From assembly GCF_000150275.1 (NCBI RefSeq), contig NW_002060953.1, positions 1,872,310-1,936,309 of the forward strand: DNA of 64,000 nt, in the 5' to 3' direction. The position numbers and the translations under genes are program-made. Shown here piece after piece: positions 25,524-38,900 of this stretch. Source of the DNA: Trichoplax adhaerens (taxonomy: Eukaryota; Animalia; Placozoa). Numbering within the stretch: the stretch's first letter is position 1; every line of letters begins with the position of its first letter. A model generated the notes under the pieces. It was not told the origin of the DNA, ran no database searches, and saw only the letters and a list, made by a program, of their open reading frames with translations.

Positions 25524-27462
25524 TTAAAGCAGCACAGCTGAAAGGAAATAGATCACAAATAGTAATGCAATATTGACAGTTAAGCCGGAAGCACCATTGG
25601 GATACGCTTGACTGTCGGACATGGTCATTTTTTGAGATTTTTCATCAGGATAAGCATTGCAGTCCCAAGCCAAAGCAAGAACATTTTGAGTGGTAGTCGG
25701 TAAGCTATATATATTATAAAATGTAACGTTAACTTTTTCTTTCTATCTCAACAGCATTTAATTTTAGATACGGTATACTTTAGCGAAAGGATGGCAATGG
25801 CATCAAGCTATAATAGACGTTATCGCATACTGTCTACCTAGAGCAATTGAATACGTGCATTATGTCACATAATGCTAAAGTTTAAAGATAGAATTCTATT
25901 CTGTCTAAGCTTGAAAGTGTGATCGAGTTAGAATCTAAAAGTGTTCGCTAACAAATAGATAAAACGAACATCTTCTGCTTACAGAACGCCGGCAAAGGTG
26001 GCGTTAAAATAATAAAATTAGAGTGAACAAATGGCATGAAATGATGCATCATTTCATTTTACTTAAAATCAACTTTTCATGAGCGTATCTTCCTCAATTA
26101 ACTACGGAAATACTACGAAACTAGAATTGCCAACAATCACGCTTGATTCAGGACAGCAATACAACGCCTTAGATGCAAAGTATTTCATTCAACAAATTAA
26201 AAGTAATATAGCAAAAGCATTCTGCATTACTTACCAGGATATAGCACTTTGACATTGTTGCTTAGTTACACTGCTAACAATTTTTCGGCGATCAGTGCTA
26301 CAGAAAGGGATGGTAGTACACGACATCTTGATCCATTTGTCACTGCAAAAGGCAGAAACACCAGCGGCAGCATAGCTCGATTTCATTGAGGCAATAATCG
26401 CACTTTGTTGATACAAATTAGGTACAACCCACGACGGAAATGCAATATCCTTTGGCAATGGGCCGCAATACATGGAATTAATGCTAGCCAGAGATGATTT
26501 GACGCAGGTTGATAAAGTAAACTGTTGACCAGTAGATTGGCATATCGCTTGCGTATTTAAACCATTAACATTGACTAATTTACTACCGCATGTTTTTAAG
26601 CCACTACAGGAACGACTAAAATCCAGATAGGTAGCCGATTTGGTATCCGAAGAACACTTTGGCAATGTTCCCTTACATAAGACATCTTTTAAAGAATTTT
26701 GGCATGTAGTGGAAAGTTGTCGTTGCAAAATGTTAAAGTTGCTAATGATGAAATGTAAAGTTTTGGTCGTTCTCTTGATGATCGTAGCCGGAACCAGATA
26801 ATTGACATCGCAAAATGACATAATGCTTGCACTAGGTTTAACGCACTGATTAACATCTCCTTCAACCCAAACAGTCACGGAACCTGGTGAAGCTGCCCGA
26901 CGTTGCTGAAATAGATATGTAAAAATAAAATATTAAAATGGATAGAAATGCCTTTGATTAAGCAATGTCTTTCCAAGCAATCCTTTCAATATTTCTCAAA
27001 CTTTAAATTTTGCTTCCTATGGCAATTTATACTACTGTACAAACCAGTTGCAACTTTCATTTAATTACCATCGCAACAGATAAAGTAGTTTTAAAGTAAA
27101 ACTGAGAGTAAATATAATATACTGAAGCCTTCAACAACATTTATTTGAATGACTACAATGAGATTTTCAGGTCGAGCATAGTTTAGTGCCCATATTGCAG
27201 TCGATCATAAAGTAGTCACCAATCATACGTGCGGTTACTACTACGTTAATCTTACTATAATATGAAAGCTTTCATACGGGTTCTTATAGGCAATTTCCTC
27301 TGATGCTACTTTGCCTGAGTCTTGCTTGATAATATCGATAATTTCTTGAAGCAGTCCATGATGACCACTTAACGCGCTAAGATGGCTAGAATGGCCTCCA
27401 TCGACTACACACATACTTATTGCAATCCCAACTAACAAGATGATCGATGTCGAGCCTACCAT
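25524..27462 (-). CDS. Paralog A: secreted/GPI-anchored protein with two Frizzled-like cysteine-rich domains, 352 aa (exons 27462-27256, 26905-26235, 25704-25524)
   Basis: Signal peptide MVGSTSIILLVGIAISMCVVDG. Canonical GT-AG introns, phases 0 and 2; exon lengths 207+671+181 = 353 codons including stop. 16 conserved Cys (CQNSLKDVLCKGTLPKC; CSDKWIKMSCTTIPFC; WDCNAYP). C-terminus YPNGASGLTVNIALLFVIYFLSAVLL* has the form of a GPI signal. Confidence 0.88.
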
Positions 27463-27599
27463 GGTTTTTCCTTTGTCAATGAAGTAATAACTTTGTTATT
27501 ATAGCATTCCATAAATTGATTCAATTGAGGATCAACGCGTAAATTATAAAACAAAATAAATGTGTGCATTAAAACCTTAAATATCGACAGAGAGAGTGC

Positions 27600-28176
27600 T
27601 CAAGCATTAATATGAAAGCATCATAGATGAATTTAAATGTATCTATGGAAAGACTTGCATCTACTCTGAAATGCATGCCATGTCCGCCTTACTCAAGGTT
27701 ATAATAAGCATACTAGCGGTTGGACTGCAATAAAAGTAAAAGCATCCGTTCACTTTTATTTTTACTCCTGTATATACTCGTGCTTTTTTACCAGCATTAC
27801 AATTGTATAAGGTATGAATTCAAATATGTCTATGGAAAGACTTGCATTCACACTGCAATGCATACATGCTATCTGCGATTTACTGAAGGCAGTATTAAGT
27901 GCATTGCATAACAGCATTTGAACTGAAATAAATTACTGATAGGTTATAGAAGTACAAGCAACTATCCACTTTTATTCTTACTTTCTTGTATATATTTTAT
28001 CATTAATAGCGATGATGAACATGCAATGAGTGAAAGGTCTACTAATTTAAATGCACAATGTATGAATTCAAAGATATCTATGGAGAGACTTACATCTACA
28101 CTGTAAGGCATGCATGCTAAGCGCACTTTACTTAAGGTTTCATAAAGTGCATTCAAGCGCTTGGACTACAATAAAT
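27600..28176. repeat. Degenerate ~190-250 bp triplication immediately upstream of paralog A
   Basis: tctatgga(a/g)agactt(g/a)cat..ac.ctg.aa.gcat recurs at ~27642, ~27829 and ~28076; ttggact.caataaa recurs at ~27720 and ~28161. Confidence 0.75.
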
Positions 28177-31100
28177 TCAGACGAAACACGGCAAATATTG
28201 CTACAGGACTAGTAGGTTATAACAGGAAATTCATAGCTATAGATGTAAATTAGCAGATAATGTTAAGCCGAAAGTTATCGTCATCTGTAAGTTCAAAGGC
28301 CGCAATAGCAGAATTAGCGAAGCCAAAGGGTAGTATTTCAGGGTAATTTGAAGCTAGTTTAAATCCCCTATTTAAAAGTTTATAGGACAAGGTCGTACTT
28401 AAAAAAGACATTTTTAAGTCTTAGTCCTTCATTTTAATACTAAGCGAAGCAGTTAGCATACAGAGCTAAGTCCATGTTTCTCAAGTAAGAGTTGCAATAA
28501 CTTCATGTGCAGGATTTACTGTTTTAAAATGCGATCATTAGTGACATCACTTTATACTATCAAACACGAAGCAAAGCAGAATGTAGATAAATTTCTGAAA
28601 TGGCCGTACTAAACTCATAGCATAAAATCGAACACGATATTCTAACTAGGTAACGAAATTCTTCTAGCAAAAAGTCAAAATAGAAAACTTTACAAGTATA
28701 TTTGCCTGATGGTATTAGCTCGAAGTCATAGAAGCAACAGCGGACTTCTGAAATTCTTAAGTAACAACATTTGATCAAACTAACAGAAAACAAAATTCAA
28801 TTCGTAAATTAACTATGGCATTGATACACCCGATCAAGTTACGTGCCTATATTATTTTAAGAACTGTCTTAACTATGCTAAGCAAAAAAGTAATTTACGA
28901 GTGATGGCTTATTCAAATACTTCAACTTTCTTTTATCTATTTACTTCTCTATAATACTTCAACTATCAAACATGTTCAGTAGGGGTAACGTGGGAAATAC
29001 GATAACATAGTAGAAATATTTCTTCTATTTATCAGCATGAACAGCTATAAGCTCTTACTAGTCAATGCTAAAATGCAGTTCCAACTGAATTTTACAATGT
29101 ATGTACTATTGAGTAAGAGTTCGAAGTGCTGAATAAATAGCTTGGAAAAGTTTCAATTTTGCACCGACTAAAACCATTATTCCAATCGTATTTCAACTAA
29201 TGCTTTGTGTTAAACGATCAAGTTATTACATGAATAAGAACAACTATACAAATATCCTTATTCAAGGGTCATAGGCAATTCTGTGGCAACTTTGCATAAT
29301 AAATTCCATTAATAGTTTCGTTAGTTGTACGCAAAATAAGTATGTTGTAGTCACAAGCGACACCAATTAGACAGCAGCTATCACTATCTTAATTTACTTG
29401 ATATACTTACTTTTGGGTGAGAAAAATTAAACTTGTTTTCGCTATTAATGCTCCAAACTCTACTGGTACAAGAATTGAAATAAATCTATCGGTCAGTCAA
29501 TTCGAAATAAAGATAATTTCTAATAAGTTGCAATTACAATAAAATGCATATACCATATGTTTCTTCCTATCCACATATGCAAGGTGCTACAAGAAATTAT
29601 CGGATATCCAGTATTATCTTTTAGTATTTTATATGGATATTTAATGATTATTTAAACACATTACCGTAAAACTGCCATAAAGTGCAAGTAAATACAGTAT
29701 CGAACTGTGAACAAACTCAATCATACTGCTTACCTAAAAATCATATGGTGATGCTTTTATTCGTGTTTTCGTCATAATTACAACTTTATGCGGACGCAGT
29801 ACATTGCTTTCGTAACTTTACTTGTTTGGCGAAATCGATTTGTAGCTAGAACTACATACTAATATATAATATTTAGGAGGAGACTAAAGTAGGATACCGT
29901 GGCCTCTGATAAAGACCTGGAACACTCTGCAATAACGAATATTCAAAACAGCAAGATATAACATAGTAGTCTAGATCATCTATCATTCTTGTTGTAGCAA
30001 AATAAAAAGAAAGCTAATACAACTTCTTTTATCAATAAAATTATACTTTAACTACTACTAGTATAGGCTGATTCAAGCACTTATTGTTATTAATCCAAGA
30101 TCAAAATAAAGCTAGTTTTCTCCTCTTATTTAGCACTTCCTTTCTATTTAAATACCTATCTTTGTTAGACACAGTCTGCACAGTTAGTAGCAGAATAACT
30201 TCATTATAACTATTATAAAACCCATACATGCTATTAGATCTACGATTGCATAATCGATTAGAACACTTAATAAGTAACTTTTCTTGATTCATTTCCCAAA
30301 CCTTAGTGGTATGTATTAAAATTGTCAAAGTAATTACGGATTCGTATAATTTTGAAAGTCGAACCTGATATGTTGCAAGAGTACATAAGACATACCAAGA
30401 AACATTTCTTGCTTTGCATCCTATCAGCAAATTTTGGAGTTTATGAAGGTGAATTTATAATGTATGCCATCGATAAAAGTCCCAATCTACCCGTAGCCCT
30501 ATAAACCAATATTTTTAGTAAGAGGAAGCCGATTAAGAAAGCACAAAGTTGACAAGGATCAAGTTTAGACAAATTCATATTATGGTCTATTTTAATACCG
30601 TCAATCCTTTCAAGTTTAATAAATATCTTGAAACTTGGAAAATTTAACGACAGTGTGGTACGGCATGATATGCAATTATCCAAGACCGATTTTCATAATG
30701 TTATGCATTCTGAAAAAAAACCAGCATAATATACAGCTATGATTTTATCACGGTTTTTGGCCTAACTTGTTCATCATAACTTTCTCATACCGATTTGTGA
30801 AATGTTGTACAAACAGCGAGTCTGATGGTATTTTATACCGTTTCTTCGAGTAGACTGTATCTCAATATGATCAAGGATTAGTAAACTAAAACCTTCCCAA
30901 AAAGGAAGAAATATGTTTCTCTTAATCTTAGCTATGCATCTGATTCTCTACCACTGGCTTAACTATAAAGGAATTAGCAGCCTTTATAACGTTTCATACT
31001 TTGAACATACAGCAAATAGTATTCTATTTTTAGATATCTTTCCTTTAAAGTATGGAAACATACCGTAGTTGCAAGATTACCAGTTCTTTCTAAAAGAGTG

Positions 31101-32699
31101 CGAGTATATCTCGATATAGTTTGGACTGAACTGCTTCAACCTCCGGAAAAAGAAAGGAATATATAACCTCAATCCCGTCATTCTCAACGACTGGCTTTGC
31201 TACAAATTGACTAGCAATATCATAATATCGTATATTTTAAACATTTAGCTGATATCATCCTATATTCAGATATCTTTCCATTAACGTTTAGAAACCTAGT
31301 CGTAGGGCTTTTCGTTCTAAAAGTGATGGTCCATGATTCTAGCAAATAGCTTTCGATAATAGTTGTTAATGCTATAGTTATTTGATCCAATTCAAACAAT
31401 TATAAAATAAGGTAATCGATGCTAAAGAGTATTAAATTTAATTTGAGATACTCGTAAATGATGATTGTGTTTGGTGTTTCAGCGATATTGAATGATATTC
31501 ATTTATTGTCAATTCATATTCTTCTAGTACTGTCGTTCTTGAATAATCTAAAAACGATAATGAATTCCTGTATTTAAACTGCATTTTTATCATTCTAGAT
31601 CTTACCTTATGATTTGAATACATGCACAGGTGAAAATTGATCGACAACGAGCTATAGTAACTATATAGATATAAATAGACATAAATATCTGCTTTGATAA
31701 TGTAAACGATAAAAACCTACATAATGACATGGTGTAGAATAATAAAACTTATTATATGTTGGAAACAAATTCTTTGCTGATGACATTTCCTAATTTAAAT
31801 TGGTTCTTACGATCTCAGAAAATGCCATCGCTCGTACACCATAGCTCGCTAGATTAGAATGTGAGCATTATCAGTATGTTACATATTAATTAAATATAGC
31901 TATCTAAACTATAAGCTCTTGATGGTATAGATGAGGGCCCCTTCGTTGTAATAAGAAATGAGTGATTTAGTAAATAATTGCTGTTATAAATCTAAGTTAA
32001 ATAGGCAATATGGGGTAGAATAATTTATGTCAGAGATAAATTAGGTAATAATATAGGTAGCTTAATACATCATTAACAATAGCTATAATGTACTTCAGAT
32101 GATACGAGACAAACTGCTATTAAATCGATATTAATTCTCGCGATTAACTATAATAACTGGAATGTAATTATTTTCAAGTAAGGGCTACCCTGTAAGTATA
32201 GTTTTTTAACCACCACATTCACCTACTTAATTGAGAACAGTAACCGTTTAAAAATACAAATAATCACAATGATATAAGAGTGAAGTCTTTGTAGTTTGTA
32301 TTCGTGCGCTGGAATTATATTCGAAATCTGCGCAAATAATCTAATTAAGGTAAGGTGAATAAGTGACAATCATTTTTTATTTTAAGAATAGAGTCTATAT
32401 TTAAGGATACTTTATCAATTCATATTTTTAATAGCATAGCTGGTATAATGAGTCGATATAAAGGTAAAAGGAACGATTAAATTTGATAGATAATAATAAA
32501 AATGAAGGAAATACTTGCATTTGAAGGGTTAAGATCAGCTTTAAAAAATTTATTACCCTCTGCTTTTAGTCCATTGATGTTACGCAAAAAAATTCCAGTA
32601 GAAACTCTTATTTTGCATATCTTCAAAGAAGAATACGAATATAAGTTAGAAAATTCGTTGCCTTGCGAATTTAAAGTATTGATTAAGAAAATAAGGGAT

Positions 32700-32900
32700 G
32701 AATTCTCACTTTTAAGGCGTAAACAGAATATTGCATAATGGACGATCACTATCGATTCCATGCGGAAAATTTCTCACTTTTAAAGCGTAAATAGAATATA
32801 GCATAATGGGACGATCACTGTCAATTGTATGAAAAAAATTTGTCACTTTTAAAGAGTAAATAGAATACTGTATAACGAGATCATAAATGTTAATTGTAAG
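32700..32900. repeat. Tandem repeat, ~68 bp x3
   Basis: t(c/g)tcacttttaa.g.gtaaa.agaata...cataa at 32704, 32772 and 32841. Confidence 0.85.
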
Positions 32901-35900
32901 ATTGAAATCAAGAAAATTTGTCCATCCTCAATTAACGGGGGGGGGGAGTGCTATTATCAAGGAATTGCTTCCGCATCGTTTTCAAATCAACGATTTTAAA
33001 AATAACTAATATAGGCAACCCTATATATTTCTGTAATTAACCATTTATAGACAGTATATAGTTATCCTTTATTGGTTTCCAGACTAGTGGCGTATAAAAC
33101 CAAGACAATGTTTCTGTCTACTGTTATATTAACTAAGAGCATCTAATTTGCTTCATATATTTTAAGTTCTATATTGGATGGCACGAGAAAATAAAAGGCC
33201 ATTCCTGACTACTGTTGTTGTTAATAAAATAGTTCCATTGGCTTTATCGTATCGCTGTGTGGCATAGCGCTTCAGAAATTCAATCAATAGCTAGTCCTGT
33301 TACTATATTCATTAAAATCTTCATTTTTATATTGTTAAGGATAGATTACAGTCTTGGAAGACAACTCTCTTCGTAATCCTTGAAATCCTGTCATTTGCTT
33401 CGTTATTAAGTTTCTTCTTTCTTCTATTGATAAACTTCCTTTAGGCATTGCCTTTATTGACATGAAGCTGAATTGTCCAATATTTGTATCCTATTTGAAT
33501 AGATTTTAAAGTGATCTCTATTTATTAGGTTCCTTTGATATTGGCTTTATAAACGTAAAGCAATATTGTCCAATACTTGTATCTTAAACTAAATTATAGA
33601 GGGCTAGCGAACTATTAAAAGGATAAGACTTACACATATTTATCATCTTTATCAATCCAGAGTTATACAACTAAGCTAAAAGTAACTACAATTTCTTTGA
33701 CGACGTCTTATAATTATCCTCGGTAAATACTTGTAAAAATATTTTTGTAAATTTTATTATATACTTTTTATTCATCATTTTCTATGTATTACCTTCTTTA
33801 CACAAAATAGAATTGCCAGGTATTTGTATTCTATAGAATTATCAATTTTAAATGGAAGTACACCTTTGAAAAGAAGAGATTTAAAATTCTAGTAAACCTC
33901 ATTTTATTCAATAAAATTCTATATTAACGCCATCATTAAATGTAATTTTTTCGGCAATAATTCGTTTCGTCTTGGTAAATAATCTATAAGAATATTTGAT
34001 TTAATTCAAGAATATATTTAGATGAATTTCAATATTAGTTTACCTCTTTATAATTATGTAATTTAGCCATAAATGGTTTTAGGCTATTGGCTGTTATTTC
34101 CATCGGTCTTTAGCTAACAATCTTGTCGTCATCTTGTCCTTGCATTTAGCTAGCTTGCTTCATTTTTTCCTTTTTAATATTGAAAGTAAACCGGTATTAT
34201 CCTTGCTGATTATTTCAGACGATATATTATACCATTAATTACGCTGAAATAGTGGTCAATGCCTACAGCTAGGCATCATCTTATTCGACAAGTGATCTAT
34301 AAGACCTATAGGCAATTAAAGATAAAGGAAGCGGGCAATATATCAAGAATAACTTTCAATTGGTTCTCTTAATCTGAAATTACATTAAACATAGTTACTG
34401 TATCCGATTTTATCCAACAGTAATCATTCTGCGACAGAATCAATCATTTTTCTGCCGCCCGATATTGCAATTACGTCAACAAATATCGTACAATCATATT
34501 GAAAACCGAAATTAATATAATTAAATCAATTAAACGAGGACATGAAAGAATAATTATAGAACTAAAATACATTTCTATTCATATCATGGAATGCGTTACT
34601 TGTCGGCGAGATCAATTTTACGTAAGACAGTGACAAATGCTTAATCTTTCAAATTGTAGAAGAAAGATATCTTCAAGACATAAAATTGCTTATAGTCACA
34701 TGGTTATATTCCTTGATTATATCATCCTAAGGCATCCATTGTCTAATTAATAGCTTAATAAACGAAAGATAAACGAGTATTATGATTTTAAATACTGACA
34801 CTAATAAAACTAATCACAGGTGCTGTTGAAATAAATGCCAAAGGCATAGCTTCTGCTTTACTATTGTTATCATTATTTACCGTAATTTATCATGTCATGG
34901 CATCCCTAAATCGGACTCTATCCGAGTGCTAGCGATTTATTAGTTCCTTTATTTTGCTCCAATACAATAGTGTCTTCGTTTCGCCTATGCCATTTATCAT
35001 GCTAAAACTATTTATAGTATTTGGTGTATCGCAATAAATTCAACAATTCACCACAGCCTACCACTTATTTCCGTTGTATCGTGAATTGAAGACGTTATCT
35101 CTAAAGTTGATATATACCCAATTCGAACGTGAAAAACGGATTTCTTATTTACTTTAGGTAAGTCTGGATTAAAATAAGGATGAGTGAGTAGAATTTTTTT
35201 GATCATACGAGTAATACTGTTTGCTACTCATTATCGGACTTGAAGTTGATCTGTAACAGTATAACTAAATTTGGATTATTTAAGCACGTTAAATGTGATA
35301 ATAACCAAACAAGTAATCACGGAAACTATACTATAAGTATCTATATGACAGATAAAAGTTATTCCACTGGTGTAGTAGCGCATATGTTATACCATACGTG
35401 TGGATCTATTGGGAAGATTAATACTAATTTGCCTACAATATAGCAGGATATGAAAAATTTTCTGATTGTCAACTAAAATGTACCGCTTACTAAATATTTA
35501 ATTATGAAACTAAATTATAAGTTATTACCGATACCCAAATGTAAAAGTGATTACCGGAGGATTTAGAATCGTACTGAAACGTAGACCAATTTGGCTAAAC
35601 TAGATTACAGGTCGTAGGATAAGAAAGCAATTATCAATTACGAACTGAAATAATATTCTGGGGATGCATCATGAACGATCTTATTTGAATAGCTACTGCT
35701 ATGATATTCTAATAATCTGTTATATTGTATTAGAGGTTATTTAAAGATAATACGTATCAGCAACACATATTCTTGCTTGTAGAAACACAATTCATTCATG
35801 GATTGATTTCTATTTTGTATGTCCTACGAGGACAAAAATAATAATGTCTAGTATAGGCTGACAAATGTCATGTAGTAAGATGTTTTAACCTAGAAATAGA

Positions 35901-38900
35901 TTTTCAACTGATGATATCGTCCTAGGTGCTTTCTATGATTTGATAATTGGAGTTCTGATAAATTTCCGTTAGCTAGTTTCAAGTGTAATGAAATATCTTC
36001 TAAGTATATGCTAGTTCGATTGAGTATGATCTCAATAGCTACTTATGATTAATTAGTAATGATAAAATCTTTACAAAGTTAAGCTTAATGTACACAAATT
36101 CAGGTGTCATAAATAAAGCTAATTTCTTTCTTGAATAATCCGACAATTCAATACTTATGCACGCATCGACATTAAACAAATAATCTTTCTTATTTAAAAC
36201 TCGATCAATTTGGCATACTTTCTATTAGGTATTATGCTACAACGATAACTGATTAATATCTTTACATTCATTTACAATACCGTGTCATAAAATCTAGTAA
36301 ATTTCAATAATACAACTGTTAAACTAGCCAAGATAGCGTTAAAATAATCTATGCTTTCAAGTTATAATTTACATATTTCCTGCGGACCAGTTCGAAGTGA
36401 TGATATATCTTATCGAGATGTTTCAAAGTAATAGATTTGATGTTGTTACTAGTCATCGCTAATAACGATAGATTGCGTTAAGAAGCTCTGTTCAGCATAC
36501 GAGTAGTGCTAAACAACGTCGATTTAATCGACATGGGAAATTCATATTTTAAACTGGATCATAAATTAAATGCATCGTTCTTAAGTAGCTTGTTACGAAT
36601 GATATCATTAATTTTGGAATCTGAATTAAAGGACTCATTTCTTGTTTTTAACCGAATGAAATTTTTGGAAGTCCCTACTAATAACAAACGACTGTTTGCA
36701 TTCATATTTCCTCCTATTATACTTTTCATATAAATACTGTATGCTCCTTTATGCGTACAGGCGAATTCAGAAATTGTTTGATGATGCAAATAATAGCATA
36801 GGCTCCGACATTGTAACGTTTCCTTTCGATTGATTTTGAGGTAAATGCATACATTATCCACATCTAAAGATTGATTCTTTTCTTCCATTTTCTCTATTTA
36901 TATTGCGTATATTTTATTGCTATATAACAGCATGAATCAATTTGACTTTCACAAGAGCAGTTAAACCGAGTGTAGCCATCTTGAGATATTTGTATATTTA
37001 TTTCTATAAATTTCATGCGTGAGCTTTTTTGATTTATTTATAAAAATGGTGGTTACGCGAAGTATAAAAAAATCAATTCTAAATAGCAAAATACTAATTA
37101 AAATTAACCGATAATAATAAAGCAAGATATTGATTTTGCAATTTTAGTTCTATGCCAGCTACTATAAATTAATATATATTACATCATATGATTCAAGTTT
37201 TACGTTTAAGATAGTAGGTATTTCTAATAATAAGTAAAGTATTGGTTATTTTATATAATCGTTTTTGATATTTATGGCATATGCTGTACTAATACTATTA
37301 AGTGCGAAAGTAAACATTCTAGCTGATATAATAACATTATGCACTATCAGATCTTTTTAGCTTTCATAGATCATGCAATCTTTTCGAACGGATTACTTCA
37401 TGTAAATTTAAGAATTTACTCACTACTGAAAGTTTTAGTTAAGATATTTCTATTCACCTTTTTCCATACTTTATTAGCACTAACGATGGATACTAGTTGA
37501 ACAGTGGTTAAGAATAAATTATTTAATTTAAATCACTTTTTTAAAACTGACATCAAGTTTTAAGTGTTTTTTTTCTATCATAAGTTGAGAGAGATAAACG
37601 CCTCGTATATTGTACGGATGAACACGTTAATTTCTACAAGTTTCAGTGTACCTGAAAATTCATAATCAGATTTTTGAATATTAATCTTGATAAATGCTTA
37701 TAGCAACCTGGAGGATTACAAATTTTTATCAGTCAGTTTCAGTACTAATTGAGGATTAAAAGCAGAATAATATGTACTAGAGTATATATATAATTCCTTA
37801 CATTAATTTTCCAAACCGATTCTACTCAATAAAATAATAAAGACCAATGAAAGAAGGATAGTACCGTATATCATTTCCATCGGAGTATCGCACGAAGAAA
37901 GCAATTTTATTCTATTATACAGCTGTCAAAGATATTGTATTGCAACCATAGTCCATCGCAATGACGTCGCTAATTCGCTTTGGATTCTTTCTCATAATCC
38001 TTTATTCTTGCTCAACAATCATTAACTTATAAAATATACATACCTAAAAATAGGATAAATCAATTATGCCGTTCGGTAAAAGACTCTATATTCTCTATAA
38101 GATATCGATCTATTGATCCATAATAACAATAGTGAGGGTTATGCCTGAAATTATAGCATTGTTAACAAATAGCCATATTATTATGGATTTGATGAACAAA
38201 AAGTGATCGATAAAGGTTACAGGACAGGATCTTCTTTATATCTGATATTTATTAATCACGCTATGATTACGAGTAAAGCGATATATTATAATTGAAAGCG
38301 TAATGCGTTGATCATTTCTAAAAATGAAATTTCACGAATTATCAAGAGTATATTAATAATTATAACTTAGGGTTAAAATTCATATGAATATAATCTATCC
38401 AATAAATGTTAGTGCATTATCAATTACTCTCAGCCGGAATTTGATGGACATTTCCTAAACTGCATGCCGAACTTGCATAGGCAGAACAAATAAAGGTCTA
38501 TATATATTTACTTATAGTATTGTGTCATAATTTATATTATATAATTAACTCCTCGGCTGTCATCAAACACAAGACGAGCCCTGTATTATTCATATTTCAT
38601 TACTCATTACTAATCCATCATTTAATTAAGTACTCTGGTCGTAGTTTTTGCTCCCTAAAATAACTTGGCTATATTCTTAGGACCTTTTCTTTGATTTTAT
38701 GTACAATCAGGCAGCCAAGGTGAAAATAAATGTCCTTCAAAGATCGTCTCTAACGTACCATGATATAGCAGTAAAATTGCTTATTCGAGCATAGCATAGA
38801 TTTACAATCTAACTTATGTCTTGTTCTTACGGTGTTGCCTTGTCATTAGGATAGTTTAATAAGAACAGTAGTAGCTGGTATAGAGAATATCCATAGTTGT

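Noticed and set aside
26138-26167. Nearby acceptor giving a short last exon WRCIAVLNQA* for paralog A
   Set aside because: The exon at 25704-25524 is clearly homologous to exon 3 of B, C and E (CLP...DCNAYPDE...GPI tail) and restores the conserved Cys.
32937-32946. G10 homopolymer
   Set aside because: Single isolated run, not four G-tracts; no supporting context.
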